A stretch of 64,000 nt of DNA from a virus: UHGV virus genome UHGV-0020835; one strand, given 5' to 3'. Below are positions 48,451-56,771 of the stretch, in pieces. The translations under genes were made by a program, and so were the position numbers. Each line of letters opens with the position of its first letter. Position 1 is the first letter of the stretch. The notes beneath the pieces are model-generated. The model did not search any database, was not told where the DNA came from, and was given only the letters and a program-made list of their open reading frames with translations.

Positions 48451-48464
48451 CGTGAGGTGAAAAT

Positions 48465-48713
48465 ATGGCCAGAACAAAACAACTAAACGTAAAAGTAATT
48501 TATACCGGAACGCCATATATTGTTAACGATTTAGGAGAATCTAAAAGCCCGAGGTTTGAACTTTACAACGTTGAAACTCATTCGGTTGAGTCTAAATCAA
48601 TCAACCCATTGGATTTTGATAAAATTGTTTTTGAGGATGATAAAATTGATGTTGAATTTTCTGAAACAAAAGAATCTGCAAAGCCGGAGAGAGGCCGAAG
48701 AAGAAAAGCTTGA
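48465..48713 (+). CDS. hypothetical early protein
   Basis: 82 aa with RBS gaggtga. Confidence 0.4.
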   Translation: MARTKQLNVKVIYTGTPYIVNDLGESKSPRFELYNVETHSVESKSINPLDFDKIVFEDDKIDVEFSETKESAKPERGRRRKA

Positions 48714-49038
48714 GAGCTTAACTAGACTAAATAAAGCACTAGAAGATCAAATTTCTGCATTAAAAGAAAAGATTGAAATGTTTTCTAAAGCGGCTGCGAA
48801 TGCTCAAGCCCAGTATAATAATAAACTTGAATCTTTACGCCTTTTAAATTCTGGGTTTAACGTCTTGGAAGAAATTGGTTATGAACGCTATGTACCAACA
48901 ATGGAATCTGACAGTATTGAAAAAGAAATCTTTAGTACTGAATTTGACATTGCCACTTTAGCGTCTAAAGATGAACTTATTCTTTATTCCAGAACTTATC
49001 GTATTGATAATTCTGAAGCCAAAGGTAAAAAATTTTAA
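48649..49038 (+). CDS. coiled-coil hypothetical protein
   Basis: Internal start MLNFLKQKNL. Overlaps the previous ORF in another frame; the track ORF begins at 48556. Confidence 0.35.
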   Translation: MLNFLKQKNLQSRREAEEEKLESLTRLNKALEDQISALKEKIEMFSKAAANAQAQYNNKLESLRLLNSGFNVLEEIGYERYVPTMESDSIEKEIFSTEFDIATLASKDELILYSRTYRIDNSEAKGKKF

Positions 49039-49188
49039 AACAACTACGGTAAAAATTTACTGTGCGGTTTTAATACTTACTGCCAGACCAAAGAAAAGGC
49101 CATTAATGAAACAAACTATAGCCGCAGTATTGAGCTAATTGACAATTGCTTTGCCAAGTTTAACAAACAAGGCGCTCTGCTTGGTATC

Positions 49189-49809
49189 ATGCTAAACCCT
49201 AAATATTTAACACTAAGAAAACAAATACTAAAATACAGACTTGAATTAAAAATTAGAAAAGCACGAGAAAATGCCAAACTACGTGAAGAACGTAAGCGGA
49301 TGCGAGAACAAGAAAAACTACTGGAAGAAATTGCCAAAGAGCAAGAGCAGCTTGAAAAAGAACGTAAGTCTATGGATATTGCCTTTGCCAAGGCTCTAAC
49401 CAATGAAGAGCGTGAACTAATCAAGTCCCAAATGAATAACATTGACAAGCGCATGGACAACTTGAGATATCGCCGTGAGCACAATAATGCTGGCTGGTTG
49501 TATGTAATTAGTTCGCCCAGTTTGCCCGGTCTTTGCAAGGTGGGGTGCACACGTCGGCTTAATCCTACAATCAGAGTAAAAGAACTTAGTTCAAGTTCTC
49601 TACCTTACCCGTTCAGAACACATGGCTTTGTGTTTAGTGATAATTGTTTCGAGCTTGAAACACAAATGCACCATTATTTTGATGACAAGCGCGTGGCTCC
49701 TGACAGAGAGTTCTTTTACATCACGCCGCAAGAAGCGATTGATGTATTAAAGAATAAATTTAATCAAGAAGTCCATTTTGAAGAAGAAAATATGGAGGAT
49801 ATTGTATGA
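49189..49809 (+). CDS. DUF4041-like coiled coil + T5orf172 (GIY-YIG-like) domain protein
   Basis: C-terminus GWLYVISSPSLPGLCKVGCTRRLNPTIRVKELSS...REFFYI matches the T5orf172 pattern. Confidence 0.55.
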   Translation: MLNPKYLTLRKQILKYRLELKIRKARENAKLREERKRMREQEKLLEEIAKEQEQLEKERKSMDIAFAKALTNEERELIKSQMNNIDKRMDNLRYRREHNNAGWLYVISSPSLPGLCKVGCTRRLNPTIRVKELSSSSLPYPFRTHGFVFSDNCFELETQMHHYFDDKRVAPDREFFYITPQEAIDVLKNKFNQEVHFEEENMEDIV

Positions 49810-50195
49810 TTGACAATGTTAATCACCCGTCTCACTATAACCAAGGTGGCATTGAATGTATTGACGCTCTAAAGGCGGCAACGGTTGGTAAGACTGGAAT
49901 CGAAGCTGTTTGTGTAGCTAATGTAATTAAATATTGCTGGAGATATGAAAAAAAGAATGGCCTTGAAGATGTAAAGAAAGCACAATTTTACATTAACCGC
50001 CTAATTCAAGAGCTTGAAAAAAAGAAAGAAAATTGCTCCCTCTCTGACTCTAATAATGACGTTGGCGATTGTAACGAATGCGCCAACTTCGACATAAATG
50101 AATGTAGTGAATCTTGTCGCAATTGTAAAAACACTGCCGTTCCCGGTACTCCTGAATACAATAATCGCCCCTTACTATTTAAACGACCTGATTAA
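49806..50195 (+). CDS. DUF3310 family protein
   Basis: PSHYNQGGIECIDALKAA...VIKYCWRYEKKNGLEDVKKAQFYINRLI signature. Confidence 0.55.
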   Translation: MIDNVNHPSHYNQGGIECIDALKAATVGKTGIEAVCVANVIKYCWRYEKKNGLEDVKKAQFYINRLIQELEKKKENCSLSDSNNDVGDCNECANFDINECSESCRNCKNTAVPGTPEYNNRPLLFKRPD

Positions 50196-50255
50196 AATTT
50201 CCTATTGACAAACTAATTAAACTGTGCTATGATAACCTCATAAGGGAGTGATATT

Positions 50256-50690
50256 ATGGCACAGTTTAATAATAAAAAAATCAATAGATATTTGGATATG
50301 GCCAAAGAAGCCAGCACGCAATCTGATTTTACCAAACATAAGCTTGGAGCAGTAGCTATTTATCGAGGGAGTTTACTTGCTACAGGATATAATTCCTGTA
50401 AAACCTCGCCTGTACAAAAACATTATAACAAAGAAAGAAACTATCAAGTGGATGCCCCATTTAAAAATTCTAACTGTACCCATGCAGAAGTAGCTTGCTT
50501 GACTAAGTTGCGGTATCTTGACATTGATTTTAGTAAGGTTAAGCTCTATGTTTATCGTGAACATAAGAATGGGGTCAAGGCCCTTGCAAGGCCATGTCCA
50601 GCTTGCCAAAAGATGATTAAGGATATGGGGATTAAGGAAGTCTGGTTTACAACAGAGAATGGTTTCGGATATGAATGGATGGAGGATTAA
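50256..50690 (+). CDS. dCMP/cytidine deaminase family protein
   Basis: Zinc-binding motifs CTHAEVACL and PCPACQKMI. Confidence 0.75.
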   Translation: MAQFNNKKINRYLDMAKEASTQSDFTKHKLGAVAIYRGSLLATGYNSCKTSPVQKHYNKERNYQVDAPFKNSNCTHAEVACLTKLRYLDIDFSKVKLYVYREHKNGVKALARPCPACQKMIKDMGIKEVWFTTENGFGYEWMED

Positions 50691-51194
50691 ATGGAAAGAT
50701 TAACTAAGCGTTTACCCAGTTGGGTAGCGGATTATAATTATCCTGTAAGTTGTTACTTTGATGATGATTCTGGCTCAAATAGAATAGCGCAAAGTGCTTT
50801 TAGACAAAGATGTGTTGAACAATTGGCCGATTACGAGGATACGAGGTTGACACCCAAACTTGTGCAAGAAACCGCAGAATTGGCGATATGGGTACATGAG
50901 AACGGTCTTGAAAAGATTAAAGAATGGATTAAAGCCGATAAGGCTGATCGGCTGGTGGTGCTGCCGTCTAACAAAGCGTTGACCAATGCAGACCGTATGA
51001 GGGCTGCGACAAATCAGCAGTTAGCGAAACTATTATACGACAACCAAAAAGAATTTTGCAGGTTAATGTACAAAAATCTTGGGTTTGAAGATGAATTGCA
51101 TTTTTCTGAGGATTACTCGGACATCTTAGCTTGGTTAAACGCCCCATCGAAGGAAGCTGAGAAAGCATTGGAGGCGACACAGAATGGCAATTAG
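50691..51194 (+). CDS. hypothetical protein
   Basis: 167-aa ORF. Confidence 0.4.
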   Translation: MERLTKRLPSWVADYNYPVSCYFDDDSGSNRIAQSAFRQRCVEQLADYEDTRLTPKLVQETAELAIWVHENGLEKIKEWIKADKADRLVVLPSNKALTNADRMRAATNQQLAKLLYDNQKEFCRLMYKNLGFEDELHFSEDYSDILAWLNAPSKEAEKALEATQNGN

Positions 51195-51546
51195 CAAATC
51201 AAAGCGCGAAGCGGTCTATCGAAAGTATGACGGCCATTGTGCGTATTGTGGGCGTGAAATCGCTTACAAGGATATGCAGGTAGACCATTTTCTCCCATTG
51301 AGGGCGTGGGGCATTGAGGATGCTGGCACAGATGATCTCGATAACCTCATGCCGTCCTGCCGGATGTGCAACCACTACAAGCGTGCAAATTCTCTCGAGA
51401 CATTCCGCCGCTATATCGCAGAAATTCCGCGGAAGCTGCGCGAGAACTATATCTACAAGGTCGGCGTGGCTTACGGCGAAGTCGTAGAGAAAGCACATCC
51501 CGTTAAGTTCTATTTTGAGCAACAAGAGGTGACGAAGAATGGCTGA
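51184..51546 (+). CDS. HNH endonuclease (free-standing), locally higher GC
   Basis: CAYCGREI...VDHFLP...NLMPSCRMCNHYK HNH motif. Confidence 0.7.
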   Translation: MAISKSKREAVYRKYDGHCAYCGREIAYKDMQVDHFLPLRAWGIEDAGTDDLDNLMPSCRMCNHYKRANSLETFRRYIAEIPRKLRENYIYKVGVAYGEVVEKAHPVKFYFEQQEVTKNG

Positions 51547-51727
51547 CTTAAAACCGTGCCCGTTCTGCGGATATAAGGGTGTAGAGATACTTGCAGATGA
51601 TAACAAACATTTGTACTATCGGTATTTCTCACAGTGTCAGAAATGTGGTGCAGGTGCAAAACGAGGCCACACAAAAGAAGATGCTGTTAAGGAATGGAAC
51701 AGGAGGGCTGACCATGCGGATGATTGA
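51539..51727 (+). CDS. Lar-family restriction alleviation-like Zn-ribbon protein
   Basis: MADLKPCPFCGYKGVEIL...CQKCGAGAKRGHTKEDAVKEWNRR resembles Lar family members. Confidence 0.5.
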   Translation: MADLKPCPFCGYKGVEILADDNKHLYYRYFSQCQKCGAGAKRGHTKEDAVKEWNRRADHADD

Positions 51728-51812
51728 TGCTGATTTGTTGGAAGAACAGTTTAGAATTTCCGAAAAAATTCGATACGTTACGATATGGGTGTATGCCTAA
51801 AAATCTATTCTG

Positions 51813-52205
51813 ATGGAAACGTACACTCTGTGGCGTGGCAATCTCGGAATCCAGACGATTTTTGTAGCTACGGCAAAAGAAAGGATAAAGCCTATGAATC
51901 TTGAATGGAACGTCTGGTGTGATGAGCTTAACGCAAACAAAATTAAGCCATTTAATGTTTTTAACCATTATAGTTTTAACAAAGCCGTAACAGATATTTT
52001 CTCCAAACGCCTACACATGGACGAGTTTGAAGAAATGATAGACAAAGAGGCCATGTATTATTTCTGGTGTAAGGCCGAATACGCGGTTATGATTAGTAGT
52101 TTGTTTGAGAAAGGGCCAAAAATCAAAATTGATATTTATAGCCAATTAAAGTTGAATTGGGATAAATTTATTAATTATTTGTGGAATGAATATATCAAAG
52201 ACTAA
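51813..52205 (+). CDS. hypothetical protein
   Basis: 130-aa ORF followed by a terminator. Confidence 0.4.
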   Translation: METYTLWRGNLGIQTIFVATAKERIKPMNLEWNVWCDELNANKIKPFNVFNHYSFNKAVTDIFSKRLHMDEFEEMIDKEAMYYFWCKAEYAVMISSLFEKGPKIKIDIYSQLKLNWDKFINYLWNEYIKD

Positions 52206-52206
52206 A

Positions 52207-52245
52207 CAGAAAGAGGACTGAGAAATCAGCCCTCTTTTTTTAGTT
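52207..52245. terminator. bidirectional rho-independent terminator
   Basis: agaggactga gaaa tcagccctct followed by a T7 run; A-rich on the other side. Confidence 0.55.
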
Positions 52246-53155
52246 CTTCTGCTGTGGCGAAAACTTCTGGCTCATATTTAATTGCCTTTTCTATCATTTG
52301 TTCATGTATAGACTTTGGAATAATTCCAAATCGTTTACTTTTTAATAGACGATTGACTTGAGCGTTGTTGAACTTAGGTGCAAAAAAGCCAACTAAACGT
52401 TTAAGCTCAGAGGCCCTAAATATAATAAATGCTTTAGAATATTCATCGAAACCAAGCCCATGAATTTTATTGCTTATGGCATGATAATATTCTTTAATGA
52501 CTGTTGGCCCTAACTTGTATAGCTCTTGTATAGAATTAGCATTAATAGATTTCATAAACTCTAACTTAGTTTGCTCTATGGCCCCCCTTTGTTCTTCTGT
52601 GGCCATCTGTGCCTTTTCATAAACTTTACCGTTGTCACAATGATATATTTTTCTAAGCATATAACTTTCGTAATATTCAATCAGCCCTTTTTCTTTCAAT
52701 CTAAGAAGATTAGTCTTTAAGATATATTTATCATGCTCTTCGATAATGTTAAACCAGCGCCCCTCAAATTCTTCTACAAGGTCATTAGGAAAATCATACG
52801 GGACTTTTATATCTATTTCTTCTTTCCCATACTTGTAAAGAAAATAATTTTTATTAACCATGTAAAGCTTTTTTCTAAAATCAGTATAAGTATAGACCTG
52901 TTTAATATCGCCATCAGCAATCAAATCAAGTAAGGCAGCTTGGACAAAATTATTATAATTTTTTTCGGCCTGAATCAAAGCCTTTTCTTCTTCAGTGTAT
53001 TGCCTATGGATAATATATTTGCCATATCCCACTTTTTCTATGTCGTAGAATTCTTGTAATTTTTCAATATGGATTTTTCTATTATTCCCTCCTGATTGTT
53101 CTTTTTCGCCTAATTCTTTGCATAATTCTGAATAACTTAATTTTTCTTTACCCAT
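52226..53155 (-). CDS. opposite-strand regulator-like protein (repressor/antirepressor candidate), 309 aa
   Basis: Start MGKEKLSYSELCKELG with RBS aaaggag (the track ORF extends to 53197). N-terminal HTH-like segment. Own promoter and operator repeats upstream. K/E/Y-rich. Confidence 0.4.
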   Translation of the reverse strand: MGKEKLSYSELCKELGEKEQSGGNNRKIHIEKLQEFYDIEKVGYGKYIIHRQYTEEEKALIQAEKNYNNFVQAALLDLIADGDIKQVYTYTDFRKKLYMVNKNYFLYKYGKEEIDIKVPYDFPNDLVEEFEGRWFNIIEEHDKYILKTNLLRLKEKGLIEYYESYMLRKIYHCDNGKVYEKAQMATEEQRGAIEQTKLEFMKSINANSIQELYKLGPTVIKEYYHAISNKIHGLGFDEYSKAFIIFRASELKRLVGFFAPKFNNAQVNRLLKSKRFGIIPKSIHEQMIEKAIKYEPEVFATAEELKKEG

Positions 53156-53170
53156 GATATTCTCCTTTGA

Positions 53171-53300
53171 AGATGGTATAAGGTATGAAATCTTCATGAC
53201 GTAGCAATAACGCTCTGCGTTTTGCTTTATAGATTTGCGAAGATGGTAAAACTTTTTCTAATACTATAAATATATGTAATAGAAAGTTCTTTACCATCTT
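53171..53300. promoter_or_regulatory. three AGATGGTA(A/T)A operator-like sites (two direct, one inverted) spanning the 5'UTR/promoter of the regulator gene
   Basis: gaagatggtataa (53171), gaagatggtaaaa (53241), ttaccatcttt (53291, inverted). Confidence 0.45.
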
Positions 53301-53313
53301 TCCCACCTCTACC

Positions 53314-53342
53314 ATATTATCATATATTAAAGCTATTGTCAA
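53314..53342 (-). promoter_or_regulatory. candidate sigma-A promoter (TTGACA-N17-TAATAT) for the regulator gene
   Basis: Minus strand: ttgacaatagctttaatatatgataatat. Confidence 0.4.
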
Positions 53343-53379
53343 TATATATAAATATAAGTTAACAGATTGTTAATAATTA

Positions 53380-53470
53380 GAGAGGTTGAGGTGGAGGTGA
53401 GGATAGATGAATGGGATGGGTTGGAGAGTAATGACGGGTGTATGGTTTGGTGGCTTAGGCGGTTGTGGTT
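53380..53470. repeat. C-depleted G/T/A-rich tract (GGTGAGG/GGAGGTG-type repeats)
   Basis: gaggttgaggtggaggtgaggatagatgaatgggatgggttggagag...: almost no C on the plus strand. Confidence 0.5.
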
Positions 53471-53567
53471 TGTTTGTGCTACAACCGGTTTGACTTTCAC
53501 GCTTTAAAGCGTCATCCATAACCCACGCCCCGAACAGGTTAACATAAAACTACGCCGATAACACCAG

Positions 53568-53666
53568 TTATCCGCTTTTTTAGCCGGTTTTCCATGAAAA
53601 AAGTTTTCCACATAGTTTTCCACATAAAAAATTTTTTTCTCCACATTTTCCACAGACTTTTCCACA
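53568..53666 (+). promoter_or_regulatory. cluster of seven same-orientation DnaA-box-like 9-mers (TTATCCGC, TTTTCCATG, 4x TTTTCCACA, TTCTCCACA): candidate replication origin
   Basis: The four TTTTCCACA copies match the DnaA-box consensus TTATCCACA in 8/9; the other three boxes are more degenerate. Spacing is 8-16 bp, in a ~1.2 kb non-coding region. Confidence 0.5.
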
Positions 53667-53699
53667 TACACGCGCATTAAGCGGGCCGATGTGGTTTGT

Positions 53700-53880
53700 A
53701 CTACAACAACCACACACTCCCTCCCCCCCCTCTTCACTCTCTCATCACCTCACCACCAGACTCTTAATTCCCTATCCCTGCATCTACCCTCCACACCTTC
53801 CCATCTCAACTCTCCCACAACTACTCTCGTCATCTCTTCCATCCTGCCATCTACTCATCTACTCTCCATCTTTATAACTG
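53700..53880. repeat. G-depleted C/T/A-rich tract (cctcacc/cctccac-type), roughly mirror-complementary to 53380-53470
   Basis: ctccctcccccccctcttcactctctcatcacctcaccaccag...: ~180 nt with very few G. Confidence 0.5.
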
Positions 53881-53996
53881 CGAACTATTTCTATTTTTTA
53901 AATTTCAATCTCCACAGCATGAATTCCCCACTTACAGACTAGGCTTATATATTGATATCTTTAATTGTTTTCATTCTGCGCACCTATACCGACACT

Positions 53997-54030
53997 GTTT
54001 ATTATTACTATTTATTACTATTTATTACCA
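53997..54030. repeat. 3x TATTTATTAC direct repeats (AT-rich, DUE-like)
   Basis: tattattactatttattactatttattaccat. Confidence 0.4.
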
Positions 54031-54390
54031 TATTCACTTATTCATGTATAGCTTGTATATTGATTTTTTCTAACCTATTACGGCGCAATGGGTTTAGAAA
54101 TTTTATCTTTAAAAAGTTAGTATAGTCTATGTATATTGACGTTTTTCATCATCCCATAAAATGGGAAATCGTTTGTATCAGGTTTTTAGGGCGCAGGAGT
54201 ATAATTACATAGGTAAGGCGAAAAAGGCCGTAGCGGGGCTTGTAGGGGCTTATATGGGGCGTTTATGTGTTGTGGACGGATTTAATGCAGTTGTCTACAG
54301 TACACGAACTATTATATACATTATAATAATAAAATGGCGTTCGTTAAGTTGCATAAAAACCTTTTAATATTTTAGTTGTTTTGACTATTG

Positions 54391-54425
54391 CAATTTGGGC
54401 CGATATGAGTATAATAATAATCACA
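54391..54425 (+). promoter_or_regulatory. sigma-A promoter (TTGCAA-N16-TATAAT) for early plus-strand small-gene operon
   Basis: ttgcaatttgggccgatatgagtataat. A second candidate, ttgacgtttttcatcatcccataaaat, lies at ~54137. Confidence 0.45.
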
Positions 54426-54462
54426 AGGCGAACAAAAACAAAAAAAACGGGAGGTCAAAAAA

Positions 54463-54717
54463 ATGATCAATATTGCTGCCATCGCGCTAACCGCGCATAT
54501 GCTCACATCTGCCGCAAGTCTTACAGTAACAACATCGGAGAATGTCTCACGTTTTACATGTGAGTGTTGCGGGGCTCCAGTTGTCAGGATTGAAGATCGG
54601 AACGGCTGGGACTGGGAACTTGCATACTTGACCCCGGAAGAATACCACGACGGGCAAAGCTTTGTTTTGATTTACAGTGAGGCCGAAGATCATTTATATT
54701 ACTGGAGGGCAATTTGA
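54463..54717 (+). CDS. hypothetical early protein
   Basis: RBS gggaggt; 84 aa. Confidence 0.45.
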   Translation: MINIAAIALTAHMLTSAASLTVTTSENVSRFTCECCGAPVVRIEDRNGWDWELAYLTPEEYHDGQSFVLIYSEAEDHLYYWRAI

Positions 54718-54860
54718 TGTTAGATCTGTTCTTGTGGGCGTGTTTGTTGGTGGTTATGGCCTGTTCTGGTGCCATCGTCAAAACTGGGTTATATGTTATT
54801 TACAAAGCCGCAGGAGGCCGGAAGAGCTTCCGCAAGTGGTGGAAAGCAATAGATTTTTAA
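54717..54860 (+). CDS. small hydrophobic membrane peptide (47 aa, not in track frame)
   Basis: MLDLFLWACLLVVMACSGAIVKTGLYVIYKAAGGRKSFRKWWKAIDF. ATG overlaps the upstream TGA. More plausible than the overlapping 64-aa track ORF 54677..54871. Confidence 0.4.
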   Translation: MLDLFLWACLLVVMACSGAIVKTGLYVIYKAAGGRKSFRKWWKAIDF

Positions 54861-54873
54861 GGAGGATTTAAGA

Positions 54874-55086
54874 ATGAAAATTTATGAACTGTCTGCACGC
54901 TATGACGCGCGTAAAAGTTTTTACGGCAAAGCTCATGTTATCGACTATGAAAACGGGACATTTGGATTGCAAAGCTATGATACTATTGTATCCCGTTGTG
55001 TTGATGGCAAAGTAGAGGAGCTGGGTAAGTGGAGTCCGACATCGACACGCCATCAAAAAGAATTCCGGAAACAATTTGAATATTAA
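54874..55086 (+). CDS. hypothetical early protein
   Basis: RBS aaggagga; 70 aa. Confidence 0.45.
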   Translation: MKIYELSARYDARKSFYGKAHVIDYENGTFGLQSYDTIVSRCVDGKVEELGKWSPTSTRHQKEFRKQFEY

Positions 55087-55099
55087 GGGGGGTTAAGCA

Positions 55100-55318
55100 A
55101 TGGAAAGAATGACTCAAAAAGAAATTAAACGCTTTGTTGTGCTGGGCATAGCTGAAGACATCACCTATCTATCTTTCGACGCTTGCAACGCCTTGAGAAA
55201 AGCCCATAACTTTACTACGTTAAATATTTCTATGGGCGTTTATGGTATGAATGGGGCTTTATTTAAGGATGAAAACGGCAAACTTTACAGAACATCAACA
55301 CTATTTCAAATGGTTTAA
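55100..55318 (+). CDS. hypothetical early protein
   Basis: RBS aagggggg; 72 aa. Confidence 0.45.
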   Translation: MERMTQKEIKRFVVLGIAEDITYLSFDACNALRKAHNFTTLNISMGVYGMNGALFKDENGKLYRTSTLFQMV

Positions 55319-55334
55319 AAAAGGGGGGGTAAAA

Positions 55335-55520
55335 ATGCTTCTGCGCAAAGACATTGAAGCAATTTTTTCCATGCCTGAACTATGGCAAGCGTTCCACGAA
55401 TTGGAAAAAGCATATGCCGCACGGCGGAACAGCTCAGAGGAAAACGTACGATATAAAGCCGCGTTCCGGGCGTTCCGTCTACAGGTTGAAGGAAGTAAAG
55501 GGGGTTTTAATAATGATTGA
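55335..55520 (+). CDS. hypothetical early protein
   Basis: Internal start MLLRKDIEA with RBS aaaggggggg. Confidence 0.4.
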   Translation: MLLRKDIEAIFSMPELWQAFHELEKAYAARRNSSEENVRYKAAFRAFRLQVEGSKGGFNND

Positions 55521-55713
55521 ATATGTTGTCCCAAAATATAACGGCTCTAAATGGGTTTATAATATCCGTACAGCCGAGAACCTCAAAGAGGCAAAGCGTT
55601 ACATTCTGGAAAACGTTGGTGTTACGGCGTTTAACTGGAGGCCGTGCGATTGTGAACCAGGCGAAAAGTGGCAATATTGCGATTTAGGAAAAGAAGATAT
55701 ACATAATATATAA
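55513..55713 (+). CDS. hypothetical early protein
   Basis: Start MIEYVV with RBS aaaggggg; 66 aa. Confidence 0.4.
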   Translation: MIEYVVPKYNGSKWVYNIRTAENLKEAKRYILENVGVTAFNWRPCDCEPGEKWQYCDLGKEDIHNI

Positions 55714-55819
55714 AAAACTTTTTGAATCTTGTGTAAATTGCTTATTGAAAAAGCCTGTGGAATCTGGTATCATACAATTACCGCAAGGAACAAAAAAATA
55801 TTTTTTTGGAGGTTATATT

Positions 55820-56152
55820 ATGAAATACAGAACTACCGTTAAAGCCCTTCGTGAAGGCGCTTGCAATCTTCGTTGTGCTGGTTATTGCGACTTGCAATAT
55901 CTCTTGAGAACGCATGACGCGAACGCATACACCCGCGGCGTTTACGGCTGGAATTTTGACGTGTATGAAGTTTATGGTTTGACTATCTGTACGGGTTATC
56001 GTGGTATGCCGGGCAAACGGCTGGAGGGTATAGCAGAGTATGAGGCCAAGGCAGGGGACATTTGGGACGATTACAGCAAACCATACGACGAGCGGCGCGA
56101 AGAGGTTGAAAAACTGCTCCATGAGTTTTGCAAGGTTAACGGCGGTTATTGA
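55820..56152 (+). CDS. hypothetical early protein (Cys-rich N-terminus)
   Basis: Start MKYRTTV with RBS ttggaggtt; 110 aa. Confidence 0.4.
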   Translation: MKYRTTVKALREGACNLRCAGYCDLQYLLRTHDANAYTRGVYGWNFDVYEVYGLTICTGYRGMPGKRLEGIAEYEAKAGDIWDDYSKPYDERREEVEKLLHEFCKVNGGY

Positions 56153-56235
56153 TAACCGGCTTTCTAAGGGGTTTGAGCCTATCAAGCCCCATTCCAGAAA
56201 ATCGCGGCGGCGTATCACGCAAGGAGAAAAAAGCT

Positions 56236-56505
56236 ATGAGAGAAAAGCATGATATTAGCAAAGTAACCATGCACATTGTTATTGATCACACAACTAATGA
56301 AACGATGGTCAAACAAGCAGGGCGTAAAACTAATCTATCTTATATCCAGTCCACTAGCGCGGCGGCATATAGAGGCGCGTTAAGGGATGCAGCTTTTTAT
56401 CTGCTAGAAATGGCAAGTGAGACAGACGGCGCAACTTGTACGCGTGATCAAATTCGCACCATGTGGGACGAACACAGAATGTTTAATGAGCATTCACTTA
56501 AATGA
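56236..56505 (+). CDS. hypothetical early protein
   Basis: Start MREKHD with RBS aaggagaaaa; 89 aa. Confidence 0.4.
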   Translation: MREKHDISKVTMHIVIDHTTNETMVKQAGRKTNLSYIQSTSAAAYRGALRDAAFYLLEMASETDGATCTRDQIRTMWDEHRMFNEHSLK

Positions 56506-56556
56506 GAGAGAAGAAAAAAGATCAGAGGCCCCTGGGCCTCGCACGGAGGGATTTAA

Positions 56557-56742
56557 ATGTTATATATCCAATGGCAAGCGGAAGGCATAACTCATTGCAT
56601 CGGACCATTCTGGACGGTTTACCCTGACGGGAGCGGGGAGGCTATCGGGCAAGACTGGCGAGCCTACAAAATCCAAACGGAAAACTATAATTTTAAGCGT
56701 GTAATTGTTCCGACAAAATATCATTCTATCTATTTTAAGTGA
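56557..56742 (+). CDS. hypothetical early protein
   Basis: 61 aa; terminator immediately downstream. Confidence 0.4.
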   Translation: MLYIQWQAEGITHCIGPFWTVYPDGSGEAIGQDWRAYKIQTENYNFKRVIVPTKYHSIYFK

Positions 56743-56744
56743 TT

Positions 56745-56771
56745 AGAGGCCTTCGGGCCTCTTTTCTTTTT
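56745..56771 (+). terminator. rho-independent terminator
   Basis: agaggccttcgggcctct + ttttcttttt. Confidence 0.6.

Noticed and set aside
54677-54871. Track ORF of 64 aa (MRPKIIYITGG...)
   Set aside because: An alternative-frame 47-aa hydrophobic peptide with TGATG coupling to the upstream gene fits better. The 64-aa frame has no RBS.
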